A DNA stretch of 54,054 nucleotides from a virus (lineage: Duplodnaviria > Caudoviricetes). The translations under genes and the position numbers were made by a program. The stretch is from positions 1 to 54,054 of the IMG/VR virus record IMGVR_UViG_3300028091_000011. One strand, 5' to 3'. Positions 9,141 through 17,786 of this stretch are shown here, piece after piece (within the stretch, counting starts at the first letter, position 1; each line of letters starts with the position of its first letter). The notes beneath the pieces are model-generated. The model searched no databases, was not told the DNA's origin, and saw only the letters and a list, made by a program, of their open reading frames with translations.

Positions 9141-9398
9141 ATGAGCAAGCCAAAGCCAGACCATCTCTCCCCGACTGGAAGTCCGTACTGGACTGACGGC
9201 AACGGAGTTCCGCATCTCAACTTCGCATGGGCGGAGAGGCACTACGGGACGATGAGCGATGATGCTCTGCGCTGGAACATCGGTGACTGCCGAGCGGCGG
9301 TCAAGGCGAATCCAGACAATCCAAAGAACGGGCTGTACGAAGACACCGTTCATGTGATCGCGGGAATCCTGTCTCGCCGTAACAAGGAGAAGGCATGA
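9141..9398 (+). CDS. Hypothetical protein (MSKPKPDHL...)
   Basis: The ATG is 6 nt after the -10 element, and the stop overlaps the next start (ATGA). Confidence 0.75.
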   Translation: MSKPKPDHLSPTGSPYWTDGNGVPHLNFAWAERHYGTMSDDALRWNIGDCRAAVKANPDNPKNGLYEDTVHVIAGILSRRNKEKA

Positions 9399-10465
9399 GC
9401 AAGTTCATCTACAGTTCGATGTGGGAGTGGTCGCCATTGGCGGATGCTCTACATTCGTTTGTTGGGATGCCAGTCGTTGGTGAGCAAGGGCGCATTGTGA
9501 TTCCAACGCTTGACGAGATCGTCAGGGATCGCGAGGAGATGTTCGGCGCAAATCAGTTGCGCGATGGCATCAGACCGCCGCGCCTGATCCAGCCGCCAAG
9601 CGGCTTCACCGATCCGTACAAGTGGTGGGTTCTTGCGACCGAGACGGTCATCAGGGACAAGGACACGGACGCGGAGTTCGTGTCGCGCGGAGTCATGGAG
9701 GCGTTGCGTGAGCATGACGCGCCGACCTACTTCGTGAGTAACGAGATGATCGACGCGATGGAGCGAACCGACTTCGGCAACGCTCCGATGCGAGACATCC
9801 AATGGGCGCACGAGGGGATGCTGTTCATGCTCCCCGACCGACAGGACTCGTACTACGGGGCGGTCATGCGAGACCCCAATACGGGGAGCGCGTTCACAAC
9901 GAAGGTACGCGCTGTCGGCATCGGATTCGCCCGAGTCTGGTCAGAGGTCGAGAAGGGTGACGGTATCGCGGTGTTCATCGTGGACAGCGCGGGGGCTTGC
10001 TCTTGGGCTTTGATCCCGTTCATGGACACTTGGCAGGAGGCGATGGACTACATCGGCAAGCGCGACATGGTGGACGACGAGACGCGGAGGAAGTACCCGT
10101 GGCAGTCGAAACTGGCGGAGGTCGAGCGCGAGGCTTTGTTCAAGAACTGTTCGCTGATATTCAAGGTTCTCTGCCTCTGGAACTCCGAGCGGTCAGACGG
10201 TTCGTCGGAGATCGTCCAGCACGGAGGACGGATCATTCGCGCGGGCAACCCACGGCGAACCGACCGAAAGAGGCACGACCTCTGGAGCGGCATCCTGCTT
10301 CGGCTGAACGAGAGCGTTTCCGAGTCTGGCGAGAGCGGGGATGCCAGCGACCCCAAGGTGCGCCGACATTGGCGGCGAGGTCACTTCCGAAACCAGCCTC
10401 ACGGGGCTGGTCGATCCCTCCGAAGGTCTATCTGGATCAGACCGTACATGGCTGGTTCTCTGTAA
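9395..10465 (+). CDS. Hypothetical phage protein with C-terminal HWRRGHFR motif
   Basis: 356-aa ORF with an AAGGAG RBS and the basic motif RRHWRRGHFRNQ...IWIRPY common in phage proteins. Confidence 0.8.
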   Translation: MSKFIYSSMWEWSPLADALHSFVGMPVVGEQGRIVIPTLDEIVRDREEMFGANQLRDGIRPPRLIQPPSGFTDPYKWWVLATETVIRDKDTDAEFVSRGVMEALREHDAPTYFVSNEMIDAMERTDFGNAPMRDIQWAHEGMLFMLPDRQDSYYGAVMRDPNTGSAFTTKVRAVGIGFARVWSEVEKGDGIAVFIVDSAGACSWALIPFMDTWQEAMDYIGKRDMVDDETRRKYPWQSKLAEVEREALFKNCSLIFKVLCLWNSERSDGSSEIVQHGGRIIRAGNPRRTDRKRHDLWSGILLRLNESVSESGESGDASDPKVRRHWRRGHFRNQPHGAGRSLRRSIWIRPYMAGSL

Positions 10466-10539
10466 CCGTCAACGATTGACGGCTTCAAACCGAGGAAGCA
10501 GCCTTTCTGCCCGTATTTTACGAGCGGAAAGGCGTTTCC

Positions 10540-11313
10540 ATGCCAAGGACGGTACGGATAGTCGCGATCAGTTGTACCCACGCCCCATTCACCCCGCCAA
10601 GCACGGTGAAGTGGCTGTGCGACACCATCTCTGGACTGAAGGGGATCGACTGGTTCGTTCACCTTGGCGATCTGTTTGAGGCTGGTGCTGCAAGCGTCCA
10701 CGCCAGCAGCGCGGAGTATTCACACACGCTTGAGGACGAGTACCAGTTTGGTCACAACTTCCTCAAGTCGATCCGCGAGTGCCTGCCGAAGAAGGCGCAC
10801 ACGCTGTGCCACCTTGGGAACCACGACGACAACATCCTGACCCAAGACCCGCGCCGAGTCCCCTCGCAGTTGCGCTCACTCGTTGACTGGCGCAAGCACG
10901 AGAAGTACGGCAAGGAGTTCAGCCGATGGGTATGGAAGCCCTATGTCAAGGGCAGGGATGGGGTCTCGTCGTTCGGTCAGGTTCGACTCATCCACGGCTT
11001 CGACGCTGGAGCAAACAGCGACGAGTTGGAAGGCTTGCAGATCGCAAATCTGTTCGGCGGTGAGGCGAACCAGTTGGTCGTGCGGGGACACACGCATCGT
11101 CCGATGGAGGTGACGCAGGCGAAGAGGACGGCGCGAATACCGCTGCCGTACTGGTACGCCAATGTCGGCACAGCCGGTCCGCTGCAACCGACTTGGATGA
11201 TGCGAAAGGACACAAGCCAATGGGGAACCGCGCTGATCGTCATCGACGCGGTTGTTGACTACCGCCCCGCAGGAGGACGGCAATGGGACGCTCGACTCGT
11301 AAGAATGCCATAA
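10540..11313 (+). CDS. Calcineurin-like metallophosphoesterase
   Basis: ISCTH, LGD, GNHD, HG and GHTH motifs in order. Confidence 0.88.
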   Translation: MPRTVRIVAISCTHAPFTPPSTVKWLCDTISGLKGIDWFVHLGDLFEAGAASVHASSAEYSHTLEDEYQFGHNFLKSIRECLPKKAHTLCHLGNHDDNILTQDPRRVPSQLRSLVDWRKHEKYGKEFSRWVWKPYVKGRDGVSSFGQVRLIHGFDAGANSDELEGLQIANLFGGEANQLVVRGHTHRPMEVTQAKRTARIPLPYWYANVGTAGPLQPTWMMRKDTSQWGTALIVIDAVVDYRPAGGRQWDARLVRMP

Positions 11314-11618
11314 AGGACAGGATGCGCGTCATCCTGAACGGGAAGCGTTGGTTCATCTGGTTCGTGCGTTCAAGGGAGATTCCCTCCGACCGCTACGGCG
11401 ACTGTGGCTATTCGGGTTCGACTCCGATCATCCGAGTCCGCCGTGCGCTGCAAGGTCGCATGGCGTTGAATGTGCTGATCCACGAGGTGTTGCACGCCTC
11501 GCGTCCCGAACTGGCGGAAGAGGCTGTCACCGAGACCGCCAACGACATAGAGAAGGTGCTGTGGCGGCGCGGCTACAGGTTGATCCCAAAAGAAAGTTCA
11601 GAAAAATCTCCCGATTGA
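11283..11618 (+). CDS. Small HExxH metalloprotease-like protein
   Basis: YGDC...I.V...LIHEVLHA...EEAV. An alternative start lies at 11322. Confidence 0.75.
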   Translation: MGRSTRKNAIKDRMRVILNGKRWFIWFVRSREIPSDRYGDCGYSGSTPIIRVRRALQGRMALNVLIHEVLHASRPELAEEAVTETANDIEKVLWRRGYRLIPKESSEKSPD

Positions 11619-11630
11619 CCGATACACCAC

Positions 11631-11658
11631 TTGACAGGAGTGTAGTGCCTGCTATGAT
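11631..11658 (+). promoter_or_regulatory. Sigma70 early promoter
   Basis: TTGACA-N16-TATGAT with extended TG. The 20 bp around the -35 (11619-11638) are repeated at 54033-54052. Confidence 0.8.
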
Positions 11659-11703
11659 GCGCGTGTCGATCAAGGGGATCGACTCAACTTCAGGAGACGA
11701 GCA

Positions 11704-11961
11704 ATGACGATCAACTTCCAGCACACTCTGAAGAACGGCATGACGGTCAGCATCACCGCGACCGTCTGTGACGGATCGGTCGCTGACTACAGCGCGACCG
11801 CGAAGGTCGAGAAGAACGGTGTCGAGCGCGAGGTTCTCCTCGCGGAGCGCGGCAGCGCGTTCGACCGAGAGTTCATTCCCGCCATCGCCAATCGCATGAG
11901 CGCGGTGACGGTCGCGGAGTGCGACGACGACGAAGACGACTTCTCTCCCGACTGGGAGTGA
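11704..11961 (+). CDS. Hypothetical protein with acidic tail
   Basis: AGGAG RBS, directly downstream of the promoter. Confidence 0.8.
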   Translation: MTINFQHTLKNGMTVSITATVCDGSVADYSATAKVEKNGVEREVLLAERGSAFDREFIPAIANRMSAVTVAECDDDEDDFSPDWE

Positions 11962-11966
11962 GGTCG

Positions 11967-12075
11967 CCGCGACTGGGCAGAGTCGCGAACGAACCCCCTA
12001 GACCACGGGCTGGCTGCTCGTCTCGCCCGTTGGTCGCCCCTCCCGTCAGCCGCTTGCGAAGCGGGAGGGGTCTTT
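11967..12075 (+). ncRNA. Structured 3'-UTR or candidate antisense sRNA ending in a terminator
   Basis: Three hairpins. The middle one (12001-12035) carries TGCTCGTCTC, and the last is CCCCTCC...GGAGGGG-TCTTT. Confidence 0.45.
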
Positions 12076-12114
12076 GAACTACATTCGGCATCCATGTGCC
12101 GTCAGGAAGGAACC

Positions 12115-12447
12115 ATGTCAGGAAACCCAAGCATCGTCGCGATTGCGGGCAAGCGAGTGGATCGTGCGGAGTTCATCCGCTCGTTTCGGCAGCGCGGCAT
12201 GAACCTCATCATCGAATCAGCGCACAAGGCTCCGCCGTCGAACACGATTCCAGAGATCGTCGGCGGGCTTGACCGAGCCAAGACCATGCTGTGCATGGTT
12301 CACGCCGTGGACACGGGCGCGTCGAGCGCGACCATCGCGCTGGAGGTGAATGGCGACGAGATGGAGGTCGCCGTCCCCAAGAACCTTGAGCGCGAGGTCG
12401 AACTGGCTTTCCGCTACAACTGGGTCAAGCAACTGGAACCCGCATGA
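12115..12447 (+). CDS. Hypothetical protein
   Basis: AGGAAGG RBS and protein-like composition. Confidence 0.7.
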   Translation: MSGNPSIVAIAGKRVDRAEFIRSFRQRGMNLIIESAHKAPPSNTIPEIVGGLDRAKTMLCMVHAVDTGASSATIALEVNGDEMEVAVPKNLEREVELAFRYNWVKQLEPA

Positions 12448-12451
12448 AGGC

Positions 12452-12592
12452 GGGAGGCTTGAGGGCGCACGATGCGTCCAAGTCAACTTCGGAACTTGGT
12501 AGGTGGGCGGGTCGCCGCAAGCCTCCCATGTAATGGGCGGGCGCATCCTTGCGCCCTTACGGAACCGCAACCTGATCGTACTGTCGGGTTGC
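12452..12592 (+). ncRNA. Candidate structured cis-element upstream of the SSB-like gene
   Basis: A 10-bp closing stem, GGGAGGCTTG/CAAGCCTCCC, encloses three hairpins and is followed by two more hairpins. Confidence 0.4.
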
Positions 12593-12609
12593 TCAACAAC
12601 GGAGATTCA

Positions 12610-12855
12610 ATGGCTGGATACGAACACAAAGAGAACAGCGGGTCGCTCTTCCGCAACGACCGCAAGGAGAAGGAGACGCATCCCGACTACAAGGGAGCGT
12701 GCCTCGTCAACGGCGTGAAGATGGAGATCGCCGCGTGGATCAAGGAGCGCAACGATGGCTCCAAGTTCATGTCGCTTCGCTTTGAGGAGCCGCGTGAACG
12801 AACCGCCGCGCCGAAGAAGCCAGCCGACGAGATGGACAGCGACATCCCGTTCTGA
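12610..12855 (+). CDS. Small SSB-like protein (DUF736-like) with DIPF tail
   Basis: GSLFRND.KE...HPDYKG...AAW...FMSL, with the acidic C-terminus DSDIPF typical of SSB partner-binding tails. Confidence 0.8.
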   Translation: MAGYEHKENSGSLFRNDRKEKETHPDYKGACLVNGVKMEIAAWIKERNDGSKFMSLRFEEPRERTAAPKKPADEMDSDIPF

Positions 12856-12856
12856 A

Positions 12857-13255
12857 TCACTTCAGGACTGCGGATGACTTGAGACTCCCGCGCTGGTCGC
12901 GGGAGTTTTCTTTCTCGCGGGCGATTGCGAGTTCGGCGTTCATCAGGCTGATGGTGTTGGCGACAGCCTGCGCGAGTTGCGGCGGGATGGGCTTGCCAGC
13001 ATCGGCAAGTCGCTTGAACCGTTCGATGTCGTCCTGTGGCATGGAGGCGCAGATTAGCGAGACGGCTTCACCGAAGACCGCAAACACCTCTGACGGGTAC
13101 ATGAGCGCGTTTGTCTCATGCTGACCGATGACGATTCTCACGAGAAGTGCGTCGATCATGCCGCGATCATGTTGGATCGTCAATGTAACAAAGCCGCTTG
13201 CGTTGTGAGCAAGCCGTTCGTTTGTGCCGATGTTGTCGATTGTTGTGTATGCCAT
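12857..13255 (-). CDS. Hypothetical protein (MAYTTIDN...)
   Basis: Isolated minus-strand ORF filling a gap, with AAGG immediately before the ATG. Confidence 0.6.
   Translation of the reverse strand: MAYTTIDNIGTNERLAHNASGFVTLTIQHDRGMIDALLVRIVIGQHETNALMYPSEVFAVFGEAVSLICASMPQDDIERFKRLADAGKPIPPQLAQAVANTISLMNAELAIAREKENSRDQRGSLKSSAVLK
12884..12913 (+). terminator. Intrinsic terminator
   Basis: ACTCCCGCG-CTGGT-CGCGGGAGT-TTTCTTT. Confidence 0.8.
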
Positions 13256-13333
13256 CCTTGGCGTACATGAATGTCGGCGTGAACATGGGTGCGACTTCAA
13301 TAAACCGTAAGTGCTTGCAGTACGATATCCGCT

Positions 13334-13666
13334 ATGGTCGATGATGCAATGCTCCGCGACTTATGTAAGGCTTGCGAAGTCAAGGGGGTCTTGACTGGTG
13401 GCATCCTCTATTTCGTTGACGGCATGGATCACGCCATCGTCGGAGTAGGCGTTCGCTCTGGAAGACCATGCGTGGTGTATGACAGGGCGAAGGTCATGGA
13501 CACCCTGATGGGGTCTGGGGAAATGACCTACTGCGAGGCAGAACAGGTCATGGCAAGCAAGATCGAAGGTGTCAGCGTTGGCAAAAGCACCCCGATCTTC
13601 ATCGTGCCGTGTGAGGCAAGGCACATTCACATGGCGACAGAATGCCGAATCCCCGATCAGGATTAG
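13334..13666 (+). CDS. Conserved phage hypothetical protein
   Basis: DG.D.AIVGV...VVYD..KV...EAE...TPIF pattern. Probably leaderless (TACGAT 7 nt upstream). Confidence 0.75.
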   Translation: MVDDAMLRDLCKACEVKGVLTGGILYFVDGMDHAIVGVGVRSGRPCVVYDRAKVMDTLMGSGEMTYCEAEQVMASKIEGVSVGKSTPIFIVPCEARHIHMATECRIPDQD

Positions 13667-13708
13667 GCAAGAACCCGATTGATGCGTGTTACCATCCGAA
13701 AAACCGCC

Positions 13709-14410
13709 ATGCAACGCCGCGCGATCATTGTCATTTGGATACTGGCACTCGTTCTTATGACGCTTGGAGCGTGCAAGAGCGCGACCCAGCAGATTGCTTC
13801 GTCGGCGGAGGACATCAGGGCGCACTCCAACTACATCGCTGATGCCACGAAGCAGACCAGAGACCTAGCGGAAGTAAGTGGAAACAGGTTCAGGGGCATC
13901 GGGGCAGAAGCGCGGGCGGAAGCCCCAGACATCCAGAAGATCGAAGCCGAGGCTGTTGCAGGCGAGGCGGAGCAGGAGCAGATCGTCGTCAACTCCGATT
14001 CGATCATCGACAGGCACTACGAGATCATTGAGGCTGTTGGGGAGGTTGCAAAGTCCCTGACGGGGGTTCAGGACATCACGCCGTGGTGGGCGAAGACCAT
14101 CGCTTACGGTCTTCTGGCTTTGAGCGTTATAGGAATCTGCTTCATCCTGTGGTACACAGGTGTCGGAGCGTTCCTGCGTGGCGTTCTTGGTCTGGTCACG
14201 CCCCGCGCCCGCAAGGAAGCGGAGATCGCTGCGGCGGCAATGGACACCAGCGACCCGACGACAATGCGCGAGTTCGTGGCTGCAAAGCGCGGACTTGACC
14301 CAGAGTTTGACCGCGCATTCAGGAAAGTTTGGAAGCAGCACCGCGAAGCGGCGGCGGAGCAGCCTCCCGTGTCACAGCCAGCCGCGTCAGAGACAACGGA
14401 GACCACATGA
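13709..14410 (+). CDS. Lipoprotein with C-terminal TM helix, putative unimolecular spanin
   Basis: Signal peptide with lipobox LGA-C, a helical periplasmic region and the TM segment IAYGLLALSVIGICFILWY. Confidence 0.6.
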   Translation: MQRRAIIVIWILALVLMTLGACKSATQQIASSAEDIRAHSNYIADATKQTRDLAEVSGNRFRGIGAEARAEAPDIQKIEAEAVAGEAEQEQIVVNSDSIIDRHYEIIEAVGEVAKSLTGVQDITPWWAKTIAYGLLALSVIGICFILWYTGVGAFLRGVLGLVTPRARKEAEIAAAAMDTSDPTTMREFVAAKRGLDPEFDRAFRKVWKQHREAAAEQPPVSQPAASETTETT

Positions 14411-14535
14411 TCCTTGCGTCTATCGAATCGTTCCTTGGCGGAATCTGGTTTGCAGCCCTTGTCGGCGTGGCTTGCTACATCGCTGGAAGCGTGTTCCCGA
14501 TCAGCAGCCTGCTGTCGAAGTTCACCAAGAAGTGA
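14407..14535 (+). CDS. 42-aa membrane protein (holin-like)
   Basis: ATGA overlap, a hydrophobic core and a basic KFTKK tail. Confidence 0.55.
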   Translation: MILASIESFLGGIWFAALVGVACYIAGSVFPISSLLSKFTKK

Positions 14536-14581
14536 TCTGGTGTTCGCGCTGCCAGCCGACAGTCGGCATGGAGACCCAAGG

Positions 14582-14905
14582 ATGGAGATTTTCACGCCTG
14601 CAACTGTCGCCCTGTGGGGGACGCTTGGAACGACGATGACTTCGCTTGGTGTTGTTCTGGCGGACAAGTCGCAAAAGGTTCTGGCGGAAAGCACCTTCAC
14701 GGAGACGACCCTTGTCCCTGTCGGCATGATGCTGGCAGGGATTGCTGTGACAGCGGCTTTGGTCTGGAAGGTCGCCAACCAGAAGCACACCGTCGAACTC
14801 AACATGAAGGACTTGGAGAATCGGATCAGACGCTTGGAGGATGAGTTGAAGAGCGTCGAGACCGAGTTGGACGACAAGCAGGACAAGCAACATCACCGAA
14901 AGTGA
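14582..14905 (+). CDS. Membrane protein with C-terminal coiled coil (holin/antiholin-like)
   Basis: Hydrophobic segments are followed by the heptad stretch LENRIRRLEDELKSV. Confidence 0.55.
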   Translation: MEIFTPATVALWGTLGTTMTSLGVVLADKSQKVLAESTFTETTLVPVGMMLAGIAVTAALVWKVANQKHTVELNMKDLENRIRRLEDELKSVETELDDKQDKQHHRK

Positions 14906-14975
14906 CGATTGGTCTGCATGGTCGTGGGGCGATTGCCCGCCGTGTATTACAGTACGCGGGTAAGCAGGAGCATCT

Positions 14976-15392
14976 ATGCCAAAGAACACCCCATCCATCG
15001 TCCTGTCGCGTACAGACTCCGCCGTGCAAATCCTGTTTGGGGGCTTCGACACCTCCATCGACCCAGTTCTCGTTGAGCGACGAGCCGTTGGTGGATCGTC
15101 TTGGACGGTGGTTGCTACTCCATCGGACGGGGATGGCGAGGTCTTGGACGACTCCATCATCGACGGCGTGAACTACGAGTATCGCGCGACCGCAGGAGGG
15201 CAGAGCGCGATGGCGGCTACCGCCACCGAGCAGGAGCCGAAGCGGAAGCGCAAGGAGAAGCAGGCGGATGCGGTCGAACAGGCGATTGTTCCAGTCATGC
15301 AGCCCGTGATCTTTGACCCGTGGGGTCTGCTGGCTGACATCTCCGAGTACGACCCGCAGGCTGTGTTCATGGTTCCAAAGAATGACAAGTAG
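14976..15392 (+). CDS. Fibronectin type III-like protein
   Basis: VERR....W..V.....D.....G..YEYR..A pattern. AGGAG RBS. Confidence 0.6.
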   Translation: MPKNTPSIVLSRTDSAVQILFGGFDTSIDPVLVERRAVGGSSWTVVATPSDGDGEVLDDSIIDGVNYEYRATAGGQSAMAATATEQEPKRKRKEKQADAVEQAIVPVMQPVIFDPWGLLADISEYDPQAVFMVPKNDK

Positions 15393-17784
15393 TCGATCCA
15401 TCCTCTACGGACCGGATGGCGAGAAACTAGACATTCACGCCTCCATGAACGGTACTGCCCACGAGCGCAAGGTCGCGGGTGGTCGCATCATGCGTGCGTA
15501 CCAGAACTTCGTTTCTAGCATCTATGGGATCAGAACTGACCCGATTCGTCGCGCCACCGACCCATTCAGCAATCACGCTTGGGTCTACGCCGCAGCGATG
15601 GTTCGCGCCATCAACATCTCTCAAGCACCGTTTCTGGTGTACCAAGAGACATCGGACACCATCAGGCAGCGTCAGGAGAAGTTGGTTGGCAAGGGACTGC
15701 CTCCCGAGCCGCCACGAGCCAAGAATGGTCGTCGCGCCATCCACCGCCACTTGTCCAAGGCGGGCAACGCGCAACGGTTCACGGGCGCGAAGTTCAAGGG
15801 TGCAGAGCCAATCCTAGCGCATCCCCTGATGGACACGATGCTGCGTGCGAATCCCCACATGACAGGGGCGCAACTGTGGCAGGCGACCGAACTGTTCATG
15901 GCTCTGCGCGGAGAGTGCTTCTGGATTCTCGCCAAGGATGGTGCGGGACGGCTGCAATCTCGTGGTGAGTTTCCAGAGGAGATTTACCCGATCAGCCCCG
16001 ATCTGATGGAGGCGGAGGTCGAGGGTGGTCGCTTGGTCGCGTGGAGGTACAAGCAGGGCGGCGTGCGGTCGGACAAGATTCCTGCGCCCGTGATCGGAGA
16101 CCAGACTGGCGACATCATGCTGTTGCCGTGGGAGGTCATTCACTACCGCTACATCAACCCAGACGACTCGCTGCGAGGCTACTCGCCGCTGATTCCTGTG
16201 GCTTCGTCAATCGCCAGCGACATGACGGCGAAGACGCACAACATGAGCGTGCTGAAGAACGGAGCCAACCCGGGCGGAATCCTCATCGACAAGAACGCCG
16301 TCGAGCCGTGGTCAGCCGACGAGGAGAAGGAGTTCCTTGAGCGGTGGCAGCAGCGTCATGGCGGTGCAGGCAACCGTGGCGAACTCGCCATCCTGACCGG
16401 CGGTCTTGAGTACATCCCGACTGGGATGTCCCCCCGCGACATGGAGTACCTCGACTCCATGCGCTACAACCGCGAGGAAGTCTTCGCGACGATGCGCGTT
16501 CCCAAGACGGTTGTCGGCATCACGGACACCGTGAACTACGCGACCCAACTTGGTCAGGATGCGAACCTGTGGGACAAGTGCTTGCTGCCCGAGGTGCGCT
16601 ACTTTGAGGATGTCATCGACGGGACGCTCCTGTTCAGGGAGCCTGACTCCGTGTTTGCCGCGTTCGACCTGTCTGGCGTGGAGGCTCTGCGGTCGAGCCT
16701 CGCGGACAAGATCAACATGGTCAACACGCTGACGGCGGCGAACATCCACATGAGTCCGAAGGAGGCGTTCACCCTCGTTGGTCTGGAGGTTCCAGAGTAC
16801 GAGGGCAACGACAAGGCGTTCGTCGGGCCGGGTATGACCGTCAGCCAAGCCCTTCAGGGAGGCGGACAGCCATCCGAAGCCCCGCCCCCGCCCGCGCCCG
16901 CGCCCGCGCCCGCGACTGCACCAGCGCAGGATGCGACTCCTATTCAAGACATTCCAGATGCTCCCGCTGCTCCCGCCCCGACCATCGCATCCCTCAAGCG
17001 GCTTCGTGGATCGGACTACTGGAATCTCGCCAACAGGCGACTGTATTCGCGGATGGAGCCACGGCTTTCCCGCGCGTGGCGAGGCTTCGTCCGCCAAGTC
17101 AGGGACTCCTTCATGGAGTCTTTCGACGGCAAGGCTCGTGATGTGGAGAAGCGTCTCAAGGCTGTCGAGATCGACGGCTTGACCGCCCCAGACGCGGTTT
17201 CAGCGATCCTCCCAGCGCGTGATGTCCTTGGAAGGATGATTGAGACGCAGTTCAGGCAACCGCTGATGGCGAACCTGATGGATGTGTTCAACTTCACCAC
17301 GGACATCGACTTCCGTGGTGTCGCTAACTTCGCGATTGACGATCCCCGACTGATGTCGTGGTTCGACAAGGTTGACGACCGCCTTGCAGACACCGCCGCC
17401 GTCACGCTCCAGCAGAACATCCGCAATGCGGTTCGCGTTGGGATGGAGCAGGGCGAGTCGCTGATGCAAATCAGGCAGCGCGTGAGTCAGGTCTTCAGGG
17501 TCTCCGAGAGCGATGCCAAGGCTCTGACCGTGGCGCGGACGGAGAGCGGGGCGTTCCTGAACAACTCGCGCCAGATCATGCACCAAGCGCAGGGCTTCAC
17601 GGTCTACGAGTGGTCTACGGCGCAGGATGAACTCGTGCGCGACAGTCACGCGATGTTTGGGCGGATGCCTCCGCGCAAGTTTGGGCAGCAGTATGCACCG
17701 GGTCTTCGGTTCCCGCACGACCCAATGTGCATGGACGCAAGCGAAGTCGTCAACTGCCGCTGTATGCTTATCCCAGTTGAATAA
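15382..17784 (+). CDS. HK97-family portal protein fused to a MuF (Mu gpF/SPP1 gp7) domain
   Basis: Portal motifs WVYAA, GECFW, EVIHYRY.NP, RGYSPL and NGANPGG. After a Pro/Ala linker come the MuF motifs ARTE, W.TAQDELVRDSH, LRFPHDP and VNCRC. Confidence 0.9.
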   Translation: MTSSRSILYGPDGEKLDIHASMNGTAHERKVAGGRIMRAYQNFVSSIYGIRTDPIRRATDPFSNHAWVYAAAMVRAINISQAPFLVYQETSDTIRQRQEKLVGKGLPPEPPRAKNGRRAIHRHLSKAGNAQRFTGAKFKGAEPILAHPLMDTMLRANPHMTGAQLWQATELFMALRGECFWILAKDGAGRLQSRGEFPEEIYPISPDLMEAEVEGGRLVAWRYKQGGVRSDKIPAPVIGDQTGDIMLLPWEVIHYRYINPDDSLRGYSPLIPVASSIASDMTAKTHNMSVLKNGANPGGILIDKNAVEPWSADEEKEFLERWQQRHGGAGNRGELAILTGGLEYIPTGMSPRDMEYLDSMRYNREEVFATMRVPKTVVGITDTVNYATQLGQDANLWDKCLLPEVRYFEDVIDGTLLFREPDSVFAAFDLSGVEALRSSLADKINMVNTLTAANIHMSPKEAFTLVGLEVPEYEGNDKAFVGPGMTVSQALQGGGQPSEAPPPPAPAPAPATAPAQDATPIQDIPDAPAAPAPTIASLKRLRGSDYWNLANRRLYSRMEPRLSRAWRGFVRQVRDSFMESFDGKARDVEKRLKAVEIDGLTAPDAVSAILPARDVLGRMIETQFRQPLMANLMDVFNFTTDIDFRGVANFAIDDPRLMSWFDKVDDRLADTAAVTLQQNIRNAVRVGMEQGESLMQIRQRVSQVFRVSESDAKALTVARTESGAFLNNSRQIMHQAQGFTVYEWSTAQDELVRDSHAMFGRMPPRKFGQQYAPGLRFPHDPMCMDASEVVNCRCMLIPVE

Positions 17785-17786
17785 GG

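Noticed and set aside
12452-12528. tRNA gene
   Set aside because: It has an acceptor-like stem and the right size, but no T-loop TTC, no D-loop pattern and no 7-nt anticodon loop. Kept only as a structured element.
16880-16915. CCCGCG hexamer tandem repeat as a phase-variable tract
   Set aside because: The unit is a multiple of three and encodes the Pro-Ala linker, so slippage would not switch expression.
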